A stretch of DNA of 63,943 nucleotides, the filler included, from Lama guanicoe (Eukaryota): assembly GCA_013239625.1 (NCBI GenBank). It is 202 parts of 202 records of this genome, joined end to end, with 100 filler letters (N's around TTAATTAATTAA, not from the genome) between each part and the next. Parts side by side here need not be neighbours in the genome. Positions count along the whole stretch, not along the records: positions 25,675 to 25,891 come from PNXV01039165.1; positions 25,992 to 26,208 come from PNXV01039166.1; positions 26,309 to 26,525 come from PNXV01039167.1; positions 26,626 to 26,842 come from PNXV01039168.1; positions 26,943 to 27,159 come from PNXV01039169.1; positions 27,260 to 27,476 come from PNXV01039170.1; positions 27,577 to 27,793 come from PNXV01039171.1; positions 27,894 to 28,110 come from PNXV01039172.1; 194 more parts are not named here. One strand, written 5' to 3'. This document shows, piece by piece, positions 25,575 to 37,505 of the stretch. Positions within the stretch are counted from its first letter, which is position 1. Each line of letters opens with the position of its first letter. Below the pieces are notes generated by a model that was not told the origin of the DNA, made no database searches, and saw only the letters and a list, made by a program, of their open reading frames with translations. The position numbers and the translations under genes are program-made.

Positions 25575-25991
25575 NNNNNNNNNNNNNNNNNNNNNNNNNN
25601 NNNNNNNNNNNNNNNNNNTTAATTAATTAANNNNNNNNNNNNNNNNNNNNNNNNNNNNNNNNNNNNNNNNNNNNTTTTTTTTGACTATATATCCTCAACC
25701 ACAGGGCTTTATTGTACCTCAACTGAATATTATGGCTTAATAGTTTGATCTAAGTATTAAAAAAAATTCTTTTGGCTAAAGGCCAAATTCAAAACTTTTT
25801 TTGGTACAATAACATATCTATTTCTAAATTCTGGCCTGCTTCTTTCTCCCTTTGGACCTCATCCCTGACAGACATCTGTATTTTGTAACTTNNNNNNNNN
25901 NNNNNNNNNNNNNNNNNNNNNNNNNNNNNNNNNNNTTAATTAATTAANNNNNNNNNNNNNNNNNNNNNNNNNNNNNNNNNNNNNNNNNNNN

Positions 25992-26095
25992 ATTCCCTTA
26001 CCTGCAATGTTGGGACGTTAAGTCTACCTTACATGACTGTGTGAGGATACAAAAAATAAATACACAAAAAGCACTTAGCACAGTGCCTGGCCCCT
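25992..26095 (+). mobile_element. MIR SINE fragment
   Basis: ctaccttacatgactgtgtgaggat...aaagcacttagcacagtgcctggc. Confidence 0.8.
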
Positions 26096-26308
26096 GGTAA
26101 CTTCCTCAGTTTATCGTTGTGATTACTTAACGTTAATCTCTATCCCACCTTGACTCTGTAGGAAGGGGAGGCCCAGAAAGGGGAGGGGTTCACCCAAGGT
26201 CATTGGCTNNNNNNNNNNNNNNNNNNNNNNNNNNNNNNNNNNNNNNNNNNNNTTAATTAATTAANNNNNNNNNNNNNNNNNNNNNNNNNNNNNNNNNNNN
26301 NNNNNNNN

Positions 26309-26525
26309 CCTACATTCTATATTCTAATTTGTATACTCAGTATTCCGTGTTCTATATTCTATATTCTGTGTTCTACAGTCTATATTCTACATTTTATATT
26401 CAGTATCCTGTATTCTATAGTTTTAATAATGTGTTCTACATTCCATGTTAAATTCTGTGTTCTATATTCTCTATTTTATATACTAAATTTTGTGCTATTC
26501 ATTCTATATTCTACATTCTATATTC
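26309..26525 (-). repeat. Degenerate (TATTCTA)n heptamer repeat, reverse complement of the 16801-17015 family
   Basis: tattcta/cattcta/tgttcta units. Confidence 0.88.
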
Positions 26526-26697
26526 NNNNNNNNNNNNNNNNNNNNNNNNNNNNNNNNNNNNNNNNNNNNTTAATTAATTAANNNNNNNNNNNNNNNNNNN
26601 NNNNNNNNNNNNNNNNNNNNNNNNNAAGATGAAGGGTGGAATTAGTCAAAACAAGGCACAGCCCAAGTACTGTTGATGGATTCAAGGCACACGTTAC

Positions 26698-26757
26698 CAT
26701 TGCAGGAACTCTGGCAAGGATGTGAAAATCATATGGAACGTTCCATGGTGAAGACTC
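26698..26757 (-). CDS. Candidate 60-bp internal exon, gene not recognised
   Basis: Acceptor ccctttctgtgctggtccAG and donor GTAACG. Two frames are open (SLHHGTFHMIFTSLPEFLQ or ESSPWNVPYDFHILARVPAM). Confidence 0.3.
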
Positions 26758-26942
26758 CTGGACCAGCACAGAAAGGGATCAATGTATGTTCTCCGTTTAG
26801 GGGTGGCTGAATGCAGGCCCAGGTGCATGGCTTCCATACTTGNNNNNNNNNNNNNNNNNNNNNNNNNNNNNNNNNNNNNNNNNNNNTTAATTAATTAANN
26901 NNNNNNNNNNNNNNNNNNNNNNNNNNNNNNNNNNNNNNNNNN

Positions 26943-27159
26943 AGTTTGTCCCTTCTTCCTTCCCTTTCAACATTGGTAACCACAAGTCTGTTTTCTGTTT
27001 GTGAGTCTGCTTCTGTCTTGTATACAGGTTAATTTGTATTTCTTTTTAGACTCTGCGTATAAGTGTTATCATATATTATTTGTCTTTCTCTGACATTTCA
27101 CTAAGCAGAATATTCTCTAGGTCCATGTATGTTGCTGCAAATGGCAGCATTTCATTCTT
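26943..27159 (-). mobile_element. L1 3' end fragment
   Basis: ggtaaccacaagtctgttttctgtttgtgagtctg...tctaggtccatgtatgttgctgcaaatggca. Confidence 0.88.
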
Positions 27160-27893
27160 NNNNNNNNNNNNNNNNNNNNNNNNNNNNNNNNNNNNNNNNN
27201 NNNTTAATTAATTAANNNNNNNNNNNNNNNNNNNNNNNNNNNNNNNNNNNNNNNNNNNNACGAAAGGTTGAGAGTCTATCTGGGAAAGAATGATCAGTTT
27301 CCTTTGGATTGAGCATGGCATTTGGAATGCTTGGGAAGTGACCGTGGGAGTAAAGAATCTTCTATTAACTTTTTTTTTCTTCTGAGTATCACACTCTTGT
27401 TAACTCAATATATATCAAGGTTATACCGTAATGTTTTATCAGCCACATCTCACTACTGGTTTATATTGAGTTTGAGNNNNNNNNNNNNNNNNNNNNNNNN
27501 NNNNNNNNNNNNNNNNNNNNTTAATTAATTAANNNNNNNNNNNNNNNNNNNNNNNNNNNNNNNNNNNNNNNNNNNNACAAGGCACATGGGTTTCCAATAA
27601 AGGAATAGTTGATGTAATAAACTCTCACTAGGGTGAACATTTTTAATAAAAGGCAGTTGAAAATTTTATCACTAGGTCATATGGCACAAATCCATCTTAA
27701 GAAAAAAGATTCACATTTTAAAGAACAAGCAGTTTGAATCAAGTAGAAATTATGATTTGTACAATAATTGTTCTAAGAACTTATAATCAGTCTNNNNNNN
27801 NNNNNNNNNNNNNNNNNNNNNNNNNNNNNNNNNNNNNTTAATTAATTAANNNNNNNNNNNNNNNNNNNNNNNNNNNNNNNNNNNNNNNNNNNN

Positions 27894-28082
27894 AGAGCAG
27901 ACACAGGGAAAACCATGTGAAGACACGGCAGGAGCTGCCCGCTGACAGCCAAGGAACACCTGAGGCCCCCGGAAGCAGGGAAGAGCCGGGAAGGAACCGC
28001 CCTGCCTGCCGACACCTCGACCTGGGACTCTGGCCCCCAGATTGTGAGACAGTAAATGTCTGTCATTTAAGTGGCCCCAGGT
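27894..28082 (+). mobile_element. MLT1 (MaLR) LTR fragment, GC-shifted
   Basis: gacacagggaaaaccatgtgaagacac...gccgacacctcgacctgggactctggcccccagattgtgagacagtaaatgtctgtcatttaag. Confidence 0.85.
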
Positions 28083-28210
28083 TACTAATCGAGGGGTCAG
28101 GGTAGGATGCNNNNNNNNNNNNNNNNNNNNNNNNNNNNNNNNNNNNNNNNNNNNTTAATTAATTAANNNNNNNNNNNNNNNNNNNNNNNNNNNNNNNNNN
28201 NNNNNNNNNN

Positions 28211-28427
28211 GATTTCACACACACTTTTCTCTAAGAATTGATCATGTGTAAATACGTTCGTTCATCCAGAACAAAGTGAATGGTTTGCAGGGTAAAAAGT
28301 TACTTTGGTTTCTCAGTAATTTTCCTAGTGCCGGTTGGAACTTCCTACACTTTTCAGTGTAAAACCGAGTTGGAAGGTTACCTCCCCATATATATGTATG
28401 TAGTGAAGTTTGAAACTGAAAAGAAAC
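28211..28427 (-). repeat. ~250-bp satellite monomer fragment
   Basis: Reverse complement aligns with 45646-45861, 39623-39839 and 49449-49665. Confidence 0.85.
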
Positions 28428-30112
28428 NNNNNNNNNNNNNNNNNNNNNNNNNNNNNNNNNNNNNNNNNNNNTTAATTAATTAANNNNNNNNNNNNNNNNN
28501 NNNNNNNNNNNNNNNNNNNNNNNNNNNGCAAATATAGAGGTATAGAGACAATTTTGTCCAGAAAGTATTCTCTCTGGCAAGAAAATGGTATTAAATTAGT
28601 GAATTTATTGATCTGTGAGAAAATTTTAGGAACAGTAGTTCTCATGGTTGCTTAAAAATTTTTTCCTATTCCTTTTAGACATCAGTTAGGGTTTTATTAT
28701 TCAGTTCGTATAATTTCTTAAATCCTTTGGCATTTAACTTACATNNNNNNNNNNNNNNNNNNNNNNNNNNNNNNNNNNNNNNNNNNNNTTAATTAATTAA
28801 NNNNNNNNNNNNNNNNNNNNNNNNNNNNNNNNNNNNNNNNNNNNAGACATTTAGGTGATCTCAGTTTTTCTCTGTGCTGCAATAATCACTCCCATACATT
28901 CTCCCCCATGTCATGAGCTGGGGTTTCTCTGGAGTGTACGCTTGTTGAGTGGAATTGCTTGGTCTTAGAGAATGAAACCTTTACATTTATTATAGATTAA
29001 CTACCCGCCCTGTGAATTGCACCAATTTACATCACAATCAGTGCACTCAGAGTTGCCCCCTNNNNNNNNNNNNNNNNNNNNNNNNNNNNNNNNNNNNNNN
29101 NNNNNTTAATTAATTAANNNNNNNNNNNNNNNNNNNNNNNNNNNNNNNNNNNNNNNNNNNNTAAGAACAAAATATGAAAGAGGGCAGAAGGCGGCTCTGG
29201 ATAGAGCAATAACAGAAATAATAGATTTAAATACTGATAGAGCTATAAAAACTCTAACTGTTAACTGTCACATGAAAATGTATTCAGTGTGGTAAACACA
29301 TAACTGTCTCCATTTTGTCAGTTCGAATAAAAAATAACGTGGAGATATCAGGAACACACAAGAGATTCAAGCTCCAAGNNNNNNNNNNNNNNNNNNNNNN
29401 NNNNNNNNNNNNNNNNNNNNNNTTAATTAATTAANNNNNNNNNNNNNNNNNNNNNNNNNNNNNNNNNNNNNNNNNNNNACAGCCACTGTGGGCACCCAGT
29501 GAGCCCTTGCCCTCACTCCCAGCCCCGCCCACACTGGGCTCCCCAGCCACCAGCACCTACACACGCGCAGCTGTCTAAACTAGGCGATTGTAGTTTTTCT
29601 GGTGACGGGGCTCCCTCCTCCGTGAAGTGATCTGCGTAAGATGCTTTGTTTTACAAATTGTATTCCTCCTCCTTTTTTTGCAACATATACTGCTCNNNNN
29701 NNNNNNNNNNNNNNNNNNNNNNNNNNNNNNNNNNNNNNNTTAATTAATTAANNNNNNNNNNNNNNNNNNNNNNNNNNNNNNNNNNNNNNNNNNNNAACCT
29801 GGCCATTCCTGAAATTTAGAAGGAAAATTTTTCAGTATCATTCATGTCATTCCAGGTTTTTCCACTCTTAAGCATCTGCCTATGTCTAGCCTATGAATCA
29901 ATGCAGCACTCAGAAAGAAGGGACGTATTATGCCATTACAGTCAATATTTTATGTTTAAAATGTAATTTTTCAAACAAAAATATAAGTAGACTTTTTCTA
30001 AAACTACAGCTANNNNNNNNNNNNNNNNNNNNNNNNNNNNNNNNNNNNNNNNNNNNTTAATTAATTAANNNNNNNNNNNNNNNNNNNNNNNNNNNNNNNN
30101 NNNNNNNNNNNN

Positions 30113-30329
30113 TTATGGTTGCCAAGGGGGAAAAGGGGTGGGAAGGGATAAATTGGGAGTCCAAGACTTGCAGATACTAACTACTCGATAAACAGAATAA
30201 ATATCAAGATTCTTCTGTATAGCACAGGGAGCTATATTTGGTATCTTGCAGTAATCTATAATGAAAAAGAATATGAAAAATAATCTATGTATGTATATGT
30301 ATAACTGAAACATTACACTATATACCAGA
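30113..30329 (+). mobile_element. L1 3' UTR fragment
   Basis: ggttgccaagggggaaaaggggtgggaagggataaattgggag...ctgtatagcacagggagctatatt. Confidence 0.9.
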
Positions 30330-30746
30330 NNNNNNNNNNNNNNNNNNNNNNNNNNNNNNNNNNNNNNNNNNNNTTAATTAATTAANNNNNNNNNNNNNNN
30401 NNNNNNNNNNNNNNNNNNNNNNNNNNNNNAACTTTGGACTAAACATGTAAAATCACTCTCTTCATCTGATCAGCAGGCGAGAGTTCGGATAGGACAGGAC
30501 ACTCCGACATGTCTTTGTGGGACCAAAGCAGTGTTAAGTAAACATTGGAAAACAGAGTTCTGGAGCCCCAAGTACAGCTCAAGGCTGAGATGTATGTTTG
30601 GTGGTTAGCATGTAGGTGGTATTATTAAAGTAGCAGCATGAAGTTANNNNNNNNNNNNNNNNNNNNNNNNNNNNNNNNNNNNNNNNNNNNTTAATTAATT
30701 AANNNNNNNNNNNNNNNNNNNNNNNNNNNNNNNNNNNNNNNNNNNN

Positions 30747-30963
30747 ACAAGAAGAAATCAATAGTAGGTAGATGATACAGAGGAATGGATCAGTGATCTA
30801 GAAGATAGCATAGTGGAAATCACCCAAGCCAAACAAACAAACAAACAAAAAAGAATTCTAAAAAGGGAGGGTAGTTTAAGAAACTATACATATTGAAAAT
30901 CCTAAACATACCACTGAATCACTAGTAGAACTAAGAAATGAAATCCATAAAGTTGTAGGATAC
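30747..30963 (+). mobile_element. L1 fragment joining the ORF1 coiled-coil directly to the ORF2 RT region
   Basis: ORF1-like gatcagtgatctagaagatagcatagtggaaatcacccaagc...gtagtttaag, followed by ORF2-like actatacatattgaaaatcctaaacataccac...aaagttgtaggatac. Confidence 0.75.
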
Positions 30964-31065
30964 NNNNNNNNNNNNNNNNNNNNNNNNNNNNNNNNNNNNN
31001 NNNNNNNTTAATTAATTAANNNNNNNNNNNNNNNNNNNNNNNNNNNNNNNNNNNNNNNNNNNNTG

Positions 31066-31251
31066 GAGCCTTCTACTTTTCCAAAAAGATATCACAACAT
31101 ATCTTCCAATCAAGGTCGTTTATCTAAACTTCAACCAGGGATCAACCCACGGTTTTCAGTGCCAGTGATAGCTGATTCATCAGCTAACACTGTTTGAAGG
31201 CCAACTCATCCGCCATCTTCAGTTAATGAAAGTCATCCTAATTACAACTGA
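31066..31251 (+). pseudogene. HSFY: HSFY (Y-linked heat shock transcription factor) C-terminal coding fragment with a premature stop
   Basis: EPSTFPKRYHNISSNQGRLSKLQPGINPRFSVPVIADSSANTV*RPTHPPSSVNESHPNYN* aligns without gaps to the recalled human HSFY C-terminus (EPSAVPTRY...GNPWLQMPTIADRSAAPHSRLALQPSPLDKYHPNYN*). Internal TGA at 31195-31197; native stop at 31249-31251. Confidence 0.85.
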
Positions 31252-32059
31252 TCTACCAGAGGACTACCAGATTATGCAGGNNNNNNNNNNNNNNNNNNNN
31301 NNNNNNNNNNNNNNNNNNNNNNNNTTAATTAATTAANNNNNNNNNNNNNNNNNNNNNNNNNNNNNNNNNNNNNNNNNNNNGATGACTGGGTTATTATCTA
31401 TAGGAGTGGAATTGGGCTGATCGGATTAATGTATTTTTAGGCATATAAGCCTGAATCGTAAAGAGGAGAAATATGTTCTCATTGCGAGCAATTCTTTGTA
31501 GGTAATGGTGTAACTGTGTGAGTTTTTTAGGCGTTGAAATTGACTTCGGATGATTGGAAACGGCTTATATTCCTTGATTCCCTGGGATGCTAATATGNNN
31601 NNNNNNNNNNNNNNNNNNNNNNNNNNNNNNNNNNNNNNNNNTTAATTAATTAANNNNNNNNNNNNNNNNNNNNNNNNNNNNNNNNNNNNNNNNNNNNCTT
31701 TGTAAGGTTATTCACAGATTTCCATTTCTTTCAATTGGTTGCTGGAGACTCATGTCTTTGATTTTATCCTGTTTTCTTGATTCTTTTTGCATTTGTAGAT
31801 TTGCTTTACTGTCTGAGCATTTGAAGAAGCCGTTACCTTTTCAAGTATTAATGGTCTGGTTTTTGTAGAAGAGATCTTTATCGGTCAGTAGGGCTAAATA
31901 CAAGGCAAGATAGANNNNNNNNNNNNNNNNNNNNNNNNNNNNNNNNNNNNNNNNNNNNTTAATTAATTAANNNNNNNNNNNNNNNNNNNNNNNNNNNNNN
32001 NNNNNNNNNNNNNNTAGATGAAAGATAATCCTGGCAGCAGTCTGTATTCATGCTGTAGA

Positions 32060-32231
32060 ACAGTCAAGCAGTCTTGAGGAAAACAGCAAATCTACAAGGC
32101 TAATAACGCTTCCAGATAGCAAGACTTATTACTAAGTTATAATACTATAATAGTATAAGTGTAGTGTTGTCCTAAACATGGATAGATCAGCCAGTGGAAC
32201 AGAACAGAAAGCCCAGGAACATAATCATACA
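32060..32231 (+). mobile_element. Old L1 ORF2 fragment
   Basis: aacgcttccagatagcaagacttattactaagtta...atagatcagccagtggaacagaacagaaagccca. Confidence 0.75.
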
Positions 32232-32331
32232 NNNNNNNNNNNNNNNNNNNNNNNNNNNNNNNNNNNNNNNNNNNNTTAATTAATTAANNNNNNNNNNNNN
32301 NNNNNNNNNNNNNNNNNNNNNNNNNNNNNNN

Positions 32332-32865
32332 TACTCCTGCTGATAGAAATCGTTTTTTCTTATAACGTTCCTTGTAGGGACTGCCAATCTACCCGTTATG
32401 AGTATCACTGGACTATAGGTCGTATTTTGAGAAACAAATAAATTTGACTTGTGGCACTGAAAGAACAGCTTTTAGATTGACTGTTGCCTGAAAAAGCATA
32501 AAACACTTTGCAAAAGTCGCTGAATCTCTTCCTTCCTTTGTCACCTTANNNNNNNNNNNNNNNNNNNNNNNNNNNNNNNNNNNNNNNNNNNNTTAATTAA
32601 TTAANNNNNNNNNNNNNNNNNNNNNNNNNNNNNNNNNNNNNNNNNNNNTACTCCTGCTGATAGAAATCGTTTTTTCTTATAACGTTCCTTGTAGGGATTG
32701 CCAATCTACCTGTTATGAGTATCACTGGACTATAGATCGTATTTTGAGAAACAAATAAATTTGACTTGTGGCACTGAAAGAACGGCTTTTAGATTGACTG
32801 TTGCCTGAAAAAGCACAAAACACTTTGCAAAAGTCGCTGAATCTCTTCCTTCCTTTGTCACCTTA
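32332..32865. repeat. Near-identical contig pair (32332-32548 / 32649-32865), assembly bubble
   Basis: 5 transitions at contig positions 50, 63, 88, 136 and 168; 49 identical bases at each end. Confidence 0.95.
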
Positions 32866-33282
32866 NNNNNNNNNNNNNNNNNNNNNNNNNNNNNNNNNNN
32901 NNNNNNNNNTTAATTAATTAANNNNNNNNNNNNNNNNNNNNNNNNNNNNNNNNNNNNNNNNNNNNAGTATTACTTCTTAACATATTTATGTGATCCCAAA
33001 AACAGTATGGAAGAGACTTTCTAGTCTGAAGGTGAATTTGCTAATATGGAAGGAGTGAAACTCACCAAAGGCCATTAAGTCATACCCTTTTGTCTGTTTG
33101 AATGTTGCAACATGTAAACAACTCAAGATAAAAGGAATTTGAAATTAATAGAGAGGGAAAACAGAATTATGGGGAAAAAAAANNNNNNNNNNNNNNNNNN
33201 NNNNNNNNNNNNNNNNNNNNNNNNNNTTAATTAATTAANNNNNNNNNNNNNNNNNNNNNNNNNNNNNNNNNNNNNNNNNNNN

Positions 33283-33499
33283 TAAGCCTGTAATACTGTC
33301 TGAATTTGGGCCGGGGAGCAGTTATTCCCCCAGCTTCATTCTTTTTCTTCAATACGGCTTTGGCAATTCTGAGTCTTTTGTGATTCTGTGCAAATCTCAG
33401 GGTCAGGATCATTTGCTCCAGTTCTGTGAAAAATGTCCAGGATAATTTGATGGGGAAATCTGTAGATTGCCTTGAGCAGAATGGCCTTTTTAACAGTAC
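33283..33499 (-). mobile_element. L1 ORF2 fragment
   Basis: Translates to ...[29 protein letters not shown]. Confidence 0.92.
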
Positions 33500-33929
33500 N
33501 NNNNNNNNNNNNNNNNNNNNNNNNNNNNNNNNNNNNNNNNNNNTTAATTAATTAANNNNNNNNNNNNNNNNNNNNNNNNNNNNNNNNNNNNNNNNNNNNA
33601 AATAATAAGAAACAAAAAATTCTCCGCCAGAAAACTTCAGACTCTGTTTACAGCATGATCTAGTTTCAGGAGACATTTATTAGAACATCTTGATAATCCC
33701 TTGAAAGTTCAATATTTTTACAATTTTATTACAAATCAGATTTTTCCTTAGTATACCACTATTTATCTTTTGCCTTAAGTATTCAAGTGTCCTTCTGCAA
33801 TTTACATACGTAAGAGNNNNNNNNNNNNNNNNNNNNNNNNNNNNNNNNNNNNNNNNNNNNTTAATTAATTAANNNNNNNNNNNNNNNNNNNNNNNNNNNN
33901 NNNNNNNNNNNNNNNNTGTTGGTGGTGGT

Positions 33930-34133
33930 GGTGGTATTGAGTTGTATGAGATGTTTGTGTATTCTGGAAATTAAGTCCTTGTCAGTTGCATTGTTTACAA
34001 GTATTTTCTCCTAGTCCTTAAGTTGTCTTTTCCTTGTGTTTATGGTTTCCTTTGCTGTGCAAAAGCTTATAAAGTTAACTAAGTCCTATTTGTTTATTTT
34101 TGCTTTTATTTCTATTGCCTTGGGAGACTGACC
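33930..34133 (-). mobile_element. L1 ORF2 fragment
   Basis: tatggtttcctttgctgtgcaaaagctt...tttgcttttatttctattgccttgggagactgacc. Confidence 0.9.
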
Positions 34134-36135
34134 NNNNNNNNNNNNNNNNNNNNNNNNNNNNNNNNNNNNNNNNNNNNTTAATTAATTAANNNNNNNNNNN
34201 NNNNNNNNNNNNNNNNNNNNNNNNNNNNNNNNNTATTATTATAATGTTGCTATGTTTATGGCCTCTCTAGTGCAGTGCAGACAAGCTTTGATATTTTAGT
34301 GCTTGTAGGAGTTCTTCACAGGCTTCCTAGCAGTGAGGAAGGTATGTGTCCAATGCAGGCAAGGTCTGCTTTCCTTTCCTGGCTCTTTCTTTACTTATCT
34401 GTAAGGAGAAGCAGTTGAATAATATGACCCCTAAAGGTCTTTATAGTTCTNNNNNNNNNNNNNNNNNNNNNNNNNNNNNNNNNNNNNNNNNNNNTTAATT
34501 AATTAANNNNNNNNNNNNNNNNNNNNNNNNNNNNNNNNNNNNNNNNNNNNAGATCATCTTTGAAAATAACTATTTCTGTAAGTTTGTTGGAGAGGACTTT
34601 AATGGTATGGTACTCCTAGTGTAGGTCCCTTCTAGAAACTGTGGTTTCCTACCACTCCCCCACATCTCTGCATGTCTATGTGTTTACAGTGGGGATCCTA
34701 CTTTCTTAAATGACCCCCCTTTTCCGGCCACAGTGTTGGTGTATGGGTAAGTCACAGCTACTAACATNNNNNNNNNNNNNNNNNNNNNNNNNNNNNNNNN
34801 NNNNNNNNNNNTTAATTAATTAANNNNNNNNNNNNNNNNNNNNNNNNNNNNNNNNNNNNNNNNNNNNCACTGGTTAACAGGCTTTTCCAACTACAAAGTG
34901 AAGAATCTGCTCAGACCTCCCTAGGGGTGGGAGGAGCGGCTGGATGTGGCCCTGGAACGCACACTGGCCCTGGCAGTAGGGCCATCCCTGGCTGCAGCTC
35001 TGGCTCGGGCTCTCTCTTCCTCACCTCTCAAAGCCTCTTCATAATGGGTTGGGAAGGCAGTGGGGACCGTATCATTGACCTTGGNNNNNNNNNNNNNNNN
35101 NNNNNNNNNNNNNNNNNNNNNNNNNNNNTTAATTAATTAANNNNNNNNNNNNNNNNNNNNNNNNNNNNNNNNNNNNNNNNNNNNTACTAGTACTGATCCT
35201 GACTTCCCGATAGAGCAGTAAAGCAAGACTACCAAAGGGTACGTGAAAGCATTTTAAAGACCAACTGAAAAATATAATCAGTAAGTGAACAAAAGAGGAT
35301 CTTTCGTATTTCAGTTACATATACCAGTTCCCATTTAAAAGAAGAAAAGGTACTATGTGTTTTCCCCAAATTGCTGCAAAACCAAGTTTCTTTTTTTTAA
35401 CNNNNNNNNNNNNNNNNNNNNNNNNNNNNNNNNNNNNNNNNNNNNTTAATTAATTAANNNNNNNNNNNNNNNNNNNNNNNNNNNNNNNNNNNNNNNNNNN
35501 NTTTTTTTTTAATGATTTTAGTCTTTGAATTAGATATTTAAGGTATCTCTCCTATCCCCAAATGTTTATGGGAGAATATTTAATTCAGTTTGGACTGTTG
35601 TGTTATATTTTTCTTTTGTTTCGTGATTGCTTTTTGGGGAAATTTTTCATCAGTTGAAATATTCTGATTCACACTTCTGGGTTTTCTTCTTCTTTTGAAT
35701 CAATTTTTTTTTTTTTTTNNNNNNNNNNNNNNNNNNNNNNNNNNNNNNNNNNNNNNNNNNNNTTAATTAATTAANNNNNNNNNNNNNNNNNNNNNNNNNN
35801 NNNNNNNNNNNNNNNNNNTCAAGAGTATAACTGAGTATCTCTGCCTGTTTAATGTGTTCTCCTCTATGCCATATTATCTAACTAGATTTCTGTCCTTCCT
35901 TGCCCTTCTCCCCTGTTTATGTGTAAGATTTTCCCAGAGCAACTCAGTAACATCCATAGACATTTCTGGAAGCAATCAAGGCAAACAATTTACTCCTCAA
36001 ACTTGACATAGTCCCTAAAGATTTTATTTAAAGTTNNNNNNNNNNNNNNNNNNNNNNNNNNNNNNNNNNNNNNNNNNNNTTAATTAATTAANNNNNNNNN
36101 NNNNNNNNNNNNNNNNNNNNNNNNNNNNNNNNNNN

Positions 36136-36300
36136 CGTGGCTACACTGCACCACCTGAGTCATCCAGGATACTCTGCCCATCTCCAGTCCCTTAGACTTT
36201 AATCACTTATACAAAAGTCCCTTTTGGCATGTGTAGTACCATATTCACAGGTTCTGGGATTCACATGGGCATCTTTGAGGGGCCATTATCCTGTCTGTAA
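36136..36300 (-). mobile_element. MLT1 LTR fragment
   Basis: atccaggatactctgcccatctc...ttaatcac...aaagtcccttttggcatgt...atattcacaggttctgggatt. Confidence 0.75.
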
Positions 36301-36799
36301 CAAATACTGTGTGACTCAACTTAGCTCAGTTTATCAGAAATCTGTTTCAAAANNNNNNNNNNNNNNNNNNNNNNNNNNNNNNNNNNNNNNNNNNNNTTAA
36401 TTAATTAANNNNNNNNNNNNNNNNNNNNNNNNNNNNNNNNNNNNNNNNNNNNGACACCTCTTGTTTCCTTCTCGAGATTCTGCCCAGCAGCTGTGTCCCG
36501 CAGGAGGGGAAATTAGCGGCTTGTTTGTCCGTGGGCGCCTCAGTTTTCCTGTCAAGTTTGGGAGTTTTCCCAGTGGAGAAGAAAGTGGCTTCAGCTGACA
36601 GTATCTGTAGCTGTGTTCTCGATCCATAAAACCAACCCTAATTATAATTCCTTGAACAGAAACGCAGAGNNNNNNNNNNNNNNNNNNNNNNNNNNNNNNN
36701 NNNNNNNNNNNNNTTAATTAATTAANNNNNNNNNNNNNNNNNNNNNNNNNNNNNNNNNNNNNNNNNNNNAATCCCTAGGGCAGGGTTTCACGAAGGACA

Positions 36800-36950
36800 G
36801 GTTAGAAACTCCAGCAGGTGCTGAAGCTGCAGCCCTTGGGTGGACTTTCTTCCTCTTCTGGGAAGCCTTGGCTCTTTCCTTAAGATCTTTCAACTGATTG
36901 AATGAGGCCCACCCAGATTCTAGGATCATCTCTCTTTCATAAAGTCATGG
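36800..36950. mobile_element. MLT2 (ERVL) LTR fragment
   Basis: cttaagatctttcaactgattgaatgaggcccacccagatt. Confidence 0.7.
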
Positions 36951-37403
36951 CCCTCGGAGGAGGAAGCCCTCTGCTCTCAAACCACANNNNNNNNNNNNNN
37001 NNNNNNNNNNNNNNNNNNNNNNNNNNNNNNTTAATTAATTAANNNNNNNNNNNNNNNNNNNNNNNNNNNNNNNNNNNNNNNNNNNNCGCCTCCCAGCAGC
37101 AAGCTGACCTGGAGACGGGCGTCCGGCTTCTTGGGAAGCAGAGGCCGCTCCCAGGCCACACCGCGGGGTGGAACGGAGCAAACTGCCGGCTCCCGCGGAG
37201 CAGGCCCCTACTCCCGTCGGCCCCGCACCCTAACGGCACGGCCCCCGCTCCCCTCTTAGCAAGCTGAGTGGGACAGGTGTGTCCAGCGACCTGGGGCAGC
37301 AGANNNNNNNNNNNNNNNNNNNNNNNNNNNNNNNNNNNNNNNNNNNNTTAATTAATTAANNNNNNNNNNNNNNNNNNNNNNNNNNNNNNNNNNNNNNNNN
37401 NNN

Positions 37404-37505
37404 TCAGTCTTCATTGTTCTGTGACTGGCTTATTTCACTTGGCATCATGTCTTCAAAGTCCATCCATCGTATTGCATATGGCGGGACTGTCTTGCCTTTC
37501 AAGTC
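37404..37505 (-). mobile_element. L1 3' fragment
   Basis: ttctgtgactggcttatttcacttggcatcatgtcttcaaagtccatccat. Confidence 0.8.

Noticed and set aside
26733..26746. Perfect 14-bp palindrome ATGGAACGTTCCAT
   Set aside because: A few palindromes of this length are expected by chance in a window of this size.
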